Made by a program: the position numbers and the translations under genes
The notes under the pieces: model-generated
What the model was told of the DNA's origin: nothing
The model's input: the letters and a program-made list of their open reading frames with translations, nothing else
The model's database searches: none
Source: Candidatus Kuenenia stuttgartensis
GTDB taxonomy: Bacteria; Planctomycetota; Brocadiia; Brocadiales; Brocadiaceae
DNA length: 32,000 nt
Direction: 5' to 3'
Assembly (NCBI RefSeq): GCF_900232105.1
Contig: NZ_LT934425.1
Coordinates: forward strand, 3,720,001-3,752,000
Shown: piece by piece, positions 8,035-15,686 of the stretch
How the letters are laid out: each line of letters starts with the position of its first letter
How positions within the stretch are numbered: position 1 is the first letter of the stretch

Positions 8035-8128
8035 AAAGAGAAAAATCCTTTCCTATAATCCAAAACTCAAGGAGTTGGCAGGAAAACTGAGAAAAAATAT
8101 GACGCTTTCAGAAACTTTGCTAATGTAA
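7949..8128 (+). pseudogene. DUF559 (Vsr-like endonuclease family) leader fragment, 59 codons
   Basis: ..ILSYNPKLKELAGKLRKNMTLSETLLM* matches the conserved N-terminal helix of DUF559 proteins (LPYNPxLKxxARxLRKNxTxxExxLW). The ORF stops before the endonuclease domain. Confidence 0.5.
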
Positions 8129-8241
8129 CCTTTGCGCTTGCCCTGTTCGTCATAAACGTCATAATACTGTTGCTCCGTTTGTGATACCGTTGAAGTGCAT
8201 CCGGCAACCAACAAACATGAGGCGATAATTATTGTTTTCAT
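8053..8241 (-). CDS. small putative lipoprotein (62 aa); 3' part runs antisense through the DUF559 fragment
   Basis: MKTIIIASCLLVAGC has a lipobox. The ATG at 8241 is preceded by aagggga. The C-terminal third is probably not native sequence. Confidence 0.35.
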   Translation of the reverse strand: MKTIIIASCLLVAGCTSTVSQTEQQYYDVYDEQGKRKGYISKVSESVIFFLSFPANSLSFGL

Positions 8242-8343
8242 GGTGTCCCCTTAAAAAAGGTACGGTAAAAGTACGGCAGTAAGCTACTAACGGAAAATAC
8301 AAGCTGCCTTGAATACCAATACATATAAGGCTTTTCCGGTGAT

Positions 8344-9537
8344 TCACATCGCCTTTTCCACTTTATCTGCGATAAATTTGCTGAATGAAAAAGAAGAGGT
8401 AAATGCGGGGGATACCGCGTTTAATATGTGGGTGGAAGTTTCTTCCTGTTCTACAACGAAATCCATCTCCAGTTTCATTGTTCTTGTATCAAGCAGTTGC
8501 GCCCTTATTCCCGGGGTGAGATAATTGCCGAATTTATCCTCTTCCAGGTTTTTCACTAAATGAGCGGCTTGTTTTATGAAATATTTCCTATAGTGTTTTT
8601 TCATCTCTGCAAATGCCAGATCTCTGAAATTAAAAGAATTCATAAGAAAAAGTTTTGCCTCGTACCGGAGTATTTCAAAGAATTCTCCGGGATGAAAATT
8701 GGATAAACCCTCATAATTTTCCCTCCAAAATACGGGAATTGCCGTTGGCCCCATTTTTACCCTCCCGTCAACCATTTTTGTAAAGTGTACGCCAAGAAAC
8801 GGGTTTTTCAGATTGGGAACGGGGTATATGTGTTTTTGAATAAAATTACTGTCCTTATATTCAATATACAGTCCTTTAAAAGGGATGAGGGTATAGTGTT
8901 TTCCAACACCGTATTGGTGGCCTATTTTATCGGCATACAGACCGGCGCAATTAATAAGGTGCCGGTAGTGTATTGTATTTTTATTAGTGACTGCCGAATG
9001 AAGGCCCTCTCGCTTTATGAATTTTTCATTCAATAGCAGGTTGATGTTTTTTTTAAAACCGGTTGCGATATGGTTCAATACTTCTTTTGGGTTCACCACT
9101 GAAGTTGCAGGAGAATGGATAGCCTTGCAATATGTTTTTGCATTTGGGTCGATTTGGGATAGTTCCTGTTCATCTATTATTTGTAATTCCACGCCATTTT
9201 TGTCACCTCTGTTTTTTAACGCATAAATCCCTTTTAAATCCTCTTCATCTTTTGCAACAACTACTTTCCCGCATCTGTTAATGGAAAGGTTGTGTTGTAA
9301 ACAATATGCTGTTAAAAGCCTGTTTCCCTCAACCGTAAATTTCGCTTTTAAACTGTCAGGAGTATAGTAAAATCCCGCATGAAGTATGCCGCTATTCCTG
9401 CCACTTGCATGGCGGCCAGGGGAATCTTCTTTCTCGATTAAAGTAATTATTAATTCAGGATGTCTATGATGCAGCTCTCGCGCGATGGAGAGTCCCATAA
9501 TGCTGGCGCCAATAATTAAAATGTCTGTTTTTATCAT
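8344..9537 (-). CDS. lhgO: FAD-dependent oxidoreductase, L-2-hydroxyglutarate oxidase (LhgO)-like
   Basis: The N-terminal dinucleotide fold is DILIIGASIMGLSIA. PGRHASGRNSGILHAGFYYTPDSLKAKF closely follows the LhgO pattern ([22 protein letters not shown]). Confidence 0.75.
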   Translation of the reverse strand: MIKTDILIIGASIMGLSIARELHHRHPELIITLIEKEDSPGRHASGRNSGILHAGFYYTPDSLKAKFTVEGNRLLTAYCLQHNLSINRCGKVVVAKDEEDLKGIYALKNRGDKNGVELQIIDEQELSQIDPNAKTYCKAIHSPATSVVNPKEVLNHIATGFKKNINLLLNEKFIKREGLHSAVTNKNTIHYRHLINCAGLYADKIGHQYGVGKHYTLIPFKGLYIEYKDSNFIQKHIYPVPNLKNPFLGVHFTKMVDGRVKMGPTAIPVFWRENYEGLSNFHPGEFFEILRYEAKLFLMNSFNFRDLAFAEMKKHYRKYFIKQAAHLVKNLEEDKFGNYLTPGIRAQLLDTRTMKLEMDFVVEQEETSTHILNAVSPAFTSSFSFSKFIADKVEKAM

Positions 9538-9941
9538 GTACGATATTCCTTAATGGATGGTTGCTGAACGTTTTTTTGTCTGAAAATACTTTCTATCTCC
9601 AGACTTCGCGAAGTACGATTTACGAGGTACGATTCAAAATTGTAAATCGTAAATCCAAAAGGATGTTTCAAATTTCCTTTTGAAATTGACCGGTAGTTTT
9701 ATTTTATGTACGATAACAAGGCGTTGAAAAAGACCTGTTTCTATAGACCATTAATACCATGTTACGGAATGATATGGCAATAAATAAGGTGTAAGTATCA
9801 TCATTTTGCCAAAAATTTACAAAAGTATTTTAATAAGCATTTTTTTCCGTTCTGCTTGTCTTAAAAAATCAATCGATAAAGCAGAGACACAGGATTTATT
9901 CCTTTACTTGTTTAATAATTATTCACAATTGTATTACGTCT

Positions 9942-10703
9942 ATGATATTAGTATTATCCGGCACCGAAGAGGGTAAAGAAATCGTCCGACAACTTCATTA
10001 TGATGGTTTTAATGTAAGGACTACAGTTGCTACTGAATATGGCAGAAAGATGTTTGAACAAATTGGACTTGATACTCTTTGCATTCAAAAGCGTTGTGAC
10101 AAGGAAGGATTTAGAAGACTCATTCAGGAAAAAGGAATCACTGTTTTAATTGATGCAACACATCCTTTTGCGGTTGAAGCGACAAAAAACGCATATGAAG
10201 CATGCAGGGAAGCCGGCATTGACTATTTTCGCTTTGAACGCAAAGACTCCGTGATATCTGATCACCCGCTTATACATAGCGTTAGTTCTGCCGATGATGC
10301 GGTAAAAAAAGCCAGGCAGCTTGGAACTAATATTTTTTTGACAACCGGGATTTCAGGCGTTTCAAAGTTTATCTCTTTAAAAAATGAAAAACAGCTATTT
10401 GTTCGTATACTTCCCATACCGGAACATATCGTGTCGTGCATTGAAATGGGGATATTTCCTAAAAACATTATCGCAATGCATGGCCCGTTTTCAACAGAGT
10501 TAAACAAAGCTATGTTTCAGCAATACGGGATTAATGTCATCGTTTCAAAAGAAAGCGGGGGAGTGGGGGGGGTAAATGAGAAAATTCAGGCAGCTATTGA
10601 GTTAGGTATCGACACGATTCTGATAACAAGGCCTGCATTAGCATTACCGGATGTTTACACAAGTATTACTGATATCCTGAATAAAGTAAAAGCCCTGCGG
10701 TAA
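9942..10703 (+). CDS. cobK: precorrin-6A / cobalt-precorrin-6A reductase
   Basis: MILVLSGTEEG..., IDATHPFA, FLTTG, HGPFS.ELN and SKESGG.GG...K are all CobK/CbiJ signature blocks. Confidence 0.85.
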   Translation: MILVLSGTEEGKEIVRQLHYDGFNVRTTVATEYGRKMFEQIGLDTLCIQKRCDKEGFRRLIQEKGITVLIDATHPFAVEATKNAYEACREAGIDYFRFERKDSVISDHPLIHSVSSADDAVKKARQLGTNIFLTTGISGVSKFISLKNEKQLFVRILPIPEHIVSCIEMGIFPKNIIAMHGPFSTELNKAMFQQYGINVIVSKESGGVGGVNEKIQAAIELGIDTILITRPALALPDVYTSITDILNKVKALR

Positions 10704-10721
10704 AACGATGCATTTGCATAA

Positions 10722-10943
10722 TATAATGGACGGGCTTTTTCATACCAGTAGTTAAGATGCTTTTTTGGTAAGATAAGTAATAGAAAGGGAGGTCTGAAAA
10801 ATGAGAAAGGGTTTTGATGCAGAATACATGGCAAAGGTGGCATTGGATGCTATCAGGGAAGAAAAGACGCTGGCAGAATTGTCATCACAGTACGAAGTTC
10901 ATAAGACACAAATAGCAAAGTGGTGCAAACGAGCGATAGAAGG
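10722..10943 (+). mobile_element. IS3-family left-end remnant A (outer end + 5' part of orfA)
   Basis: These 222 nt are ~95% identical by eye to the reverse complement of 18466-18687. The candidate terminus is TGGACGGGC at 10727. Confidence 0.8.
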
Positions 10944-10956
10944 TACTAAACATTGA
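10801..10956 (+). pseudogene. truncated IS3-family OrfA (HTH) - first 47 codons then unrelated tail
   Basis: MRKGFDAEYMAKVALDAIREEKTLAELSSQYEVHKTQIAKWCKRAIEG is nearly identical to the N-terminus of the 101-aa ORF at 18303-18608. Confidence 0.8.
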
Positions 10957-11033
10957 ATTAGATAACGTAGGTCGGGTTTCTTGCCTGACTTTCTGGTCTC
11001 ATATTTCGACAGAAGATTTTTTGAGGTGCGACA

Positions 11034-11693
11034 ATGAAAATCATATCATTTGGCGATGTTCATGAAGACGTCAGTAAACTTCCGTTAATTCAACACATTG
11101 TGGAAAAAGCCGATTTAATAATTATTTCAGGTGACATTACAAACTGTCACGGCAAAAAACACGCTGAACCGGTCATAAACTTATTGAAAATGATTAATAA
11201 TAATATATATGCACAGTATGGGAATATGGATACTTCTGCAGTAAATAATTATCTGACTGATATCGGCATAAACCTGCATGGGAAAGGGTATTTTTTTGGA
11301 GACGTTGGGGTATTCGGCTGTGGTGCATCAAATCCAACCCCTTTTAATACTCCGTCTGAAATCAGTGAAGATGAAATAGCGGCAAATTTGTTAAAAGGAT
11401 ATAACATGGTAAAGGGCGCACGATGGAAAATTATGGTGTGTCACACACCGCCCAAAGATACCGCTGTTGACAGAATTAGTAATGGCATGCATGTGGGAAG
11501 CAGCGCCGCGAGGGATTTTATTGAACAACAAAAGCCTCACGTTTGCATTTCAGGACATATACATGAGGCAAAAGGAAAAGATAAAATCGGGGACACGCTG
11601 ATATTGAATGCGGGTATGTTTCGTGATGGGTGGTATATTGAAATAGATTGTGATGAAAGAGTAATATCTGCTAACCTGCGGTCTATAGCATAA
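11034..11693 (+). CDS. metallophosphoesterase (calcineurin-like, YfcE/MJ0936-type)
   Basis: The motif order is GDVH, GDITN, GNMD, VCHTPP, SGHIHE. The RBS gaggtg lies 6 nt upstream of the ATG. Confidence 0.85.
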   Translation: MKIISFGDVHEDVSKLPLIQHIVEKADLIIISGDITNCHGKKHAEPVINLLKMINNNIYAQYGNMDTSAVNNYLTDIGINLHGKGYFFGDVGVFGCGASNPTPFNTPSEISEDEIAANLLKGYNMVKGARWKIMVCHTPPKDTAVDRISNGMHVGSSAARDFIEQQKPHVCISGHIHEAKGKDKIGDTLILNAGMFRDGWYIEIDCDERVISANLRSIA

Positions 11694-11754
11694 GGGATTT
11701 CTATCTTTAACAACAATAACAGAATAAAGTCGCTGCCAAAGGAACCTGATTTCA

Positions 11755-12912
11755 ATGAAGATTGCATTAGTAGTGTATCAATTTATTAAAGAAAAAGGTG
11801 GCGTTGAGCGTTATGTATATAATTTGGCAGAGCAACTAGTCAGTAAAAAATATGAGGTGCATATATTTACGCATTGTCTTCCTGAAAAAGAAGATAACAG
11901 ATATATCTTTCACTATGTACCTGCCATTTCTTTCTGGTCTCCGCTAAAATACTGGACATTCGCCTTCAATGCCCCACGGGCGGTTAAAAAAACTGGCATA
12001 CGATTTGACATTGTTCACGGGTTTACACAAACATTGTATCAGGATATTTACAGAGTAGGGGGGGGATGTCACTGGGATTATATGCTGCATACGTATCCTT
12101 CCATGCAGACCATCTTTGGCAGGGCATTGCTCTGCCTTAATCCAAGGCACATGAGCCTTTTGCTTTTAGAGAAAATGATTTTTAAAGGGAAACGCTACAA
12201 ACAGGTTACTTGTATTTCTGAGATGTGCAAAGATGAGTTGGTGTCACATTATAAAATACCCCCTGAAGACATAGCAATTATTTACAATGGCGTGGATACA
12301 ATGCTTTTTAGTCCGGATAACAGCCGGAAATACAGGGATAGCATAAGAAGCATGTATGATGTGGCTCCGGATGATATTCTTTTGGTGTTTGTGGGTTCCG
12401 GGTTTAAGAGGAAGGGCCTCATACATGTGATACATGCCTTGGCAATGGCAGATATGCCAAAAAACGTGAAACTGTTGGTTGTTGGCAGGGGATATGAAGA
12501 AAAGTTTCGGGCAATTGCGAAGGAGAAAGGTATTTATGAACTGGTAATTTTTGCGGGCACTAGCAAAGAAATTCACAAAATATATGCGGCAGGTGATATT
12601 TTTGTTTTCCCCAGTGAGTATGATGCGTTTGGCACGGCATGCCTGGAGGCAATGGCGTCGGGTCTTCCGGTAATTGTGAGTAAAGCGAGCGGTGCATCTG
12701 AAATTATCGAGGACGGCAAAGATGGTATCGTTATTGAACATCCGATCAATGCAAAAGAAATCGCTGATGCTTTGCAGATGCTTTATGATAAGGAGAAACG
12801 GAAGCAAATGGGACTGGCAGCAAGGAATAAGTCGGAAAAGTATTCATTAGAAGTAAATATAAACAAAACGTTGTCGGTATATCGGAGGCTTGTGTGTGAC
12901 AGTAACTTTTAA
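11755..12912 (+). CDS. glycosyltransferase family 4 (GT-B, RfaG-like)
   Basis: The C-terminal half has FVFPSEYDAFGTACLEAMASGLPVIVSKASGASEIIEDGKDG (EX7E region). The N-terminal half has GGVERYVYNLA. Confidence 0.85.
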   Translation: MKIALVVYQFIKEKGGVERYVYNLAEQLVSKKYEVHIFTHCLPEKEDNRYIFHYVPAISFWSPLKYWTFAFNAPRAVKKTGIRFDIVHGFTQTLYQDIYRVGGGCHWDYMLHTYPSMQTIFGRALLCLNPRHMSLLLLEKMIFKGKRYKQVTCISEMCKDELVSHYKIPPEDIAIIYNGVDTMLFSPDNSRKYRDSIRSMYDVAPDDILLVFVGSGFKRKGLIHVIHALAMADMPKNVKLLVVGRGYEEKFRAIAKEKGIYELVIFAGTSKEIHKIYAAGDIFVFPSEYDAFGTACLEAMASGLPVIVSKASGASEIIEDGKDGIVIEHPINAKEIADALQMLYDKEKRKQMGLAARNKSEKYSLEVNINKTLSVYRRLVCDSNF

Positions 12913-12920
12913 TACCATAC

Positions 12921-12986
12921 TTGGCAGTTGGCAATCTACAGTCTACAGTCGGCAAATTGCAGATTGCCGATTGAGGACTGAGGATT
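12921..12986. repeat. heptanucleotide tandem array with drifting unit
   Basis: The units read ttggcag ttggcaa tctacag tctacag tcggcaa attgcag attgccg attgagg actgagg. The array is related to the one at 24283-24338. Confidence 0.85.
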
Positions 12987-13024
12987 GTTTTTAGCGCAGT
13001 TCAAGCGTAGTATTAATGATGTTT

Positions 13025-14650
13025 CTAAAAGTTGTATCCAATGCTTCCAATAAGAGTGGTATCATCTTTTTTATTAGCCCCGGAAGGGGTATTATCATAC
13101 TGGTTTATTAATACCGTGCTTAGTGACAAAGCCTTCATCAAATCATGCTTTATCCCTAAACTTGAATCTAACCGCCAATCTTCCTGATCTTCAACACTTG
13201 TGTTGTATTCATTTTTTGCAAATAACTTTGTAGAACTCAGCATATGCCAGTCTAAATAATGCCCAAACCGTAAACCGAAATTGTTTTCCGTGATACCTCC
13301 GTGATATCTTTCATGGGTAAATGCAGGGCCTCCTTCAATCCGATATTTAATTTTTTCACTACTAAATAAACGATACCCAGGCCCAAAAGAGGAAATCGTT
13401 CTGTAATTTAAATTTTCAAGTTCATCATGTTCAAAATATTCCTGCAAAAACAGATATACTTTGAAAGAGGTGTTATATTCGTATTTCAATGTCACCTTTT
13501 GCTCATTGGCGGTTTCTTCAGACCCACCGGTACTTTGGTTCTTCTTTGTTTCAAAAATGGCAAGCATATCGAAAAATATTTTGTCGCATTTCCTTTCGTT
13601 TGAATATCCAATTTTCAGGTGCGTTGTTGTGGCTTCCGTATTTCCTGTTTTAATGTTAATGCCGGACTCAACGCTCCCTTTCCATGTTTTTTGAGGAGAA
13701 GAATCTTTTTTGGACTCATCTACCGCCAGTGTAACGGTTTCATCCTTATCCCCGGCAATTGGAGGTACGGCGTCACCTTCCTTTTCGGATGTATGCGTAT
13801 CTGATGGTATTGCCTGTTTGGGTATTAAATATGAAGATGGTTCTTTTTGTGCGGTTATTATTTCATCAAGGGTATGAGTGGCATCTAATAGTTTAAAAGC
13901 ATAAACGTTTATTTTTTTGATGGATACATATTCACCGTTTACAGGTTTAAGAATCGAGAACTGAGTGGGTTTGTTTTCATGATAATAGACTTTTATAATT
14001 TCGTTATTGCTGGAAAAAACACTGACGTTCTCTAATCGGATAGTACAGATATTTTCTCCGTCCTGCAGAAAGGTAATGGAATTATCGGTAATTTTGATAA
14101 GTTTCCCTTTTATGTATATCCCATCAACTGTTATCAATTCATCTGAAAGCGTCTGAGATGTTGAGGTGCGCAGCTTGTTTTGCATGTGTATTTTTGTATT
14201 TGCAGATTTGATGTGCCTGCGGGTCTTTATTACGTCAATGTCTTCATCATCATCGGGAGCGTAAACTCCATATTCATTTTCAGTAAAACCATGCGCATTT
14301 TTACTATGAGAATTATTAAATGCCATATGAAGTGAAGAAATCGTATCTGCCGGAATAGAGAGTATTAGTTTGTTATTTGCATAGGCGTCCACTTTACATG
14401 GAATGGTTATATCATCAACCTTTAAGGAAACATGACCGGAGGAGTAAGTATCGTCGGGAAACTGCATTATTAAAGATTTAAGATCGCTTTCTGACAGCTC
14501 TGCGGTTACATAATTTCCCTCAAAACCGACAATTTCAATATCGATGCTTTTGTCGGCATTCTTCAAAAATAAAGAATCTCCATATGCAGCGGAACAAACA
14601 CTTATAAGCAAAATTATTACAGTGAAAGAAAACTTCATTATTGATTGCAT
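13025..14650 (-). CDS. outer-membrane beta-barrel protein, DUF481 (YdiY-like) C-terminal domain with ~320-aa N-terminal extension
   Basis: There is a signal peptide. The C-terminal ~220 aa begin WKGSVESGINIKTGNTEATT and end ..LIGSIGYNF (terminal aromatic). The alternating-residue pattern is typical of DUF481. Confidence 0.65.
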   Translation of the reverse strand: MQSIMKFSFTVIILLISVCSAAYGDSLFLKNADKSIDIEIVGFEGNYVTAELSESDLKSLIMQFPDDTYSSGHVSLKVDDITIPCKVDAYANNKLILSIPADTISSLHMAFNNSHSKNAHGFTENEYGVYAPDDDEDIDVIKTRRHIKSANTKIHMQNKLRTSTSQTLSDELITVDGIYIKGKLIKITDNSITFLQDGENICTIRLENVSVFSSNNEIIKVYYHENKPTQFSILKPVNGEYVSIKKINVYAFKLLDATHTLDEIITAQKEPSSYLIPKQAIPSDTHTSEKEGDAVPPIAGDKDETVTLAVDESKKDSSPQKTWKGSVESGINIKTGNTEATTTHLKIGYSNERKCDKIFFDMLAIFETKKNQSTGGSEETANEQKVTLKYEYNTSFKVYLFLQEYFEHDELENLNYRTISSFGPGYRLFSSEKIKYRIEGGPAFTHERYHGGITENNFGLRFGHYLDWHMLSSTKLFAKNEYNTSVEDQEDWRLDSSLGIKHDLMKALSLSTVLINQYDNTPSGANKKDDTTLIGSIGYNF

Positions 14651-14721
14651 TTGCAGAATCGATAAAAAGTAACAATTTATTTTTTGAAAAATTCCAATAA
14701 TAGCGATGTTTGCCGCACAGC

Positions 14722-14794
14722 GTAGGGGCTAAGCAATTACTATAAATTGTCATAAATAAGTGCATACCCCAACTGGTAAATGCCTCACCCCTAC
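14722..14794 (+). repeat. 73-nt hairpin element, copy 3 (diverged)
   Basis: gtaggggctaagcaattac-tataaattgtcataaataagtgcataccccaactg-gtaaatgcctcacccctac has 15 of 19 arm positions complementary. It lies 16 nt downstream of the marC-like stop (minus strand). Confidence 0.8.
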
Positions 14795-14809
14795 ACTGTA
14801 AAACTGAAA

Positions 14810-15442
14810 TTATGCGAGCGAAGGGAATAATTCACGCAGCCCGTTTGCTATAATTTCTATTGCGATTGCGGTTAGAATCAAACCAAATAAACGATTAAGG
14901 ATATTGCGTCCTATCGGGCCTAATGCCCTGCCTATAGGGCTTGCAAGGCGAAGAACTATCCAGAGCAGTATGCAGGTGATAAGAATACATAGTATGACCA
15001 GCGCCCCGTGATAAGTGGCGGAAGAACGGTGCATTTCTATTATAACAGTACTTATCGAGCCGGGACCGGCTAGCAGCGGAATGGCAAGGGGAACGACGGC
15101 AATTGTCGCCTTGTTCTCTGCCGCTGCCTCTTCAGTGGGGCTTGTTTTCACTTTATCGGCCTGCGCTCTTAGCATTGCCAATGCCATTATAAACAATACA
15201 ATGCCGCCACCGACTCTAAAAGAGGCAAGGCTTGTGCCAAAAGTCTTTAATAATGATTCACCGCTAATGGCAGAGGAAATGAGGACAAGTGCTACCGTTA
15301 TTATGGTAACAAGCACGACCCGTGCTCTTTGTGATTGGCTGTATCCCTGCGTTAGGCTTAAAAATATGGGAATAGCCGCAAAAGGGTCCAGTATTACCAT
15401 GAGGGCTGTCAAAAATCGCGTGTATTCCGTCCAATGTTCCAT
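14810..15442 (-). CDS. MarC family (UPF0056) integral membrane protein
   Basis: LTALMVILDPFAAIPIFLSLT is an N-terminal signature of the MarC family. The protein has six hydrophobic segments and is 210 aa long. Confidence 0.85.
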   Translation of the reverse strand: MEHWTEYTRFLTALMVILDPFAAIPIFLSLTQGYSQSQRARVVLVTIITVALVLISSAISGESLLKTFGTSLASFRVGGGIVLFIMALAMLRAQADKVKTSPTEEAAAENKATIAVVPLAIPLLAGPGSISTVIIEMHRSSATYHGALVILCILITCILLWIVLRLASPIGRALGPIGRNILNRLFGLILTAIAIEIIANGLRELFPSLA

Positions 15443-15583
15443 AGAGTATTACCCTGTAAAAACTTCTTTTGTAATAGTTTTGACCCCTTCTCTAAACAAG
15501 AGAATGATCCAGCCCCTCTCAAACAGGGGAATACAAAAATCACCTCATAGAAAAAGATTTAGAATATCAGACTATAATCAAAG

Positions 15584-15623
15584 AAAAAAGCATGGACAGT
15601 ATTGAATTGTCCATGCTTTTTTT
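15584..15623 (-). terminator. bidirectional Rho-independent terminator
   Basis: A6 - gcatggaca (15590-15598) - 9-nt loop - tgtccatgc (15608-15616) - T7. It lies 64 nt downstream of the Ig-like repeat gene stop on the minus strand. Confidence 0.8.
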
Positions 15624-15686
15624 GTGTAAAAATAATTGTCTAACGAATGTTGCTTACCAACCCGTAACCGTCTCGTAAGTTTCTTT

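Noticed and set aside
9538-9941. Cobalamin riboswitch upstream of cobK
   Set aside because: I could not find a B12-box-like core (AGYCMGG.AGACC-type) or the conserved GCCACTG element on the plus strand. The region is AT-rich with only small hairpins.
12244-12807. 187-aa minus-strand ORF inside the glycosyltransferase gene
   Set aside because: It is an antisense shadow ORF. The plus-strand GT4 reading frame carries the family motifs.
15015-15605. 196-aa plus-strand ORF overlapping the MarC gene
   Set aside because: It is antisense to a well-supported membrane protein gene, has no recognisable motifs, and runs through the intergenic terminator.
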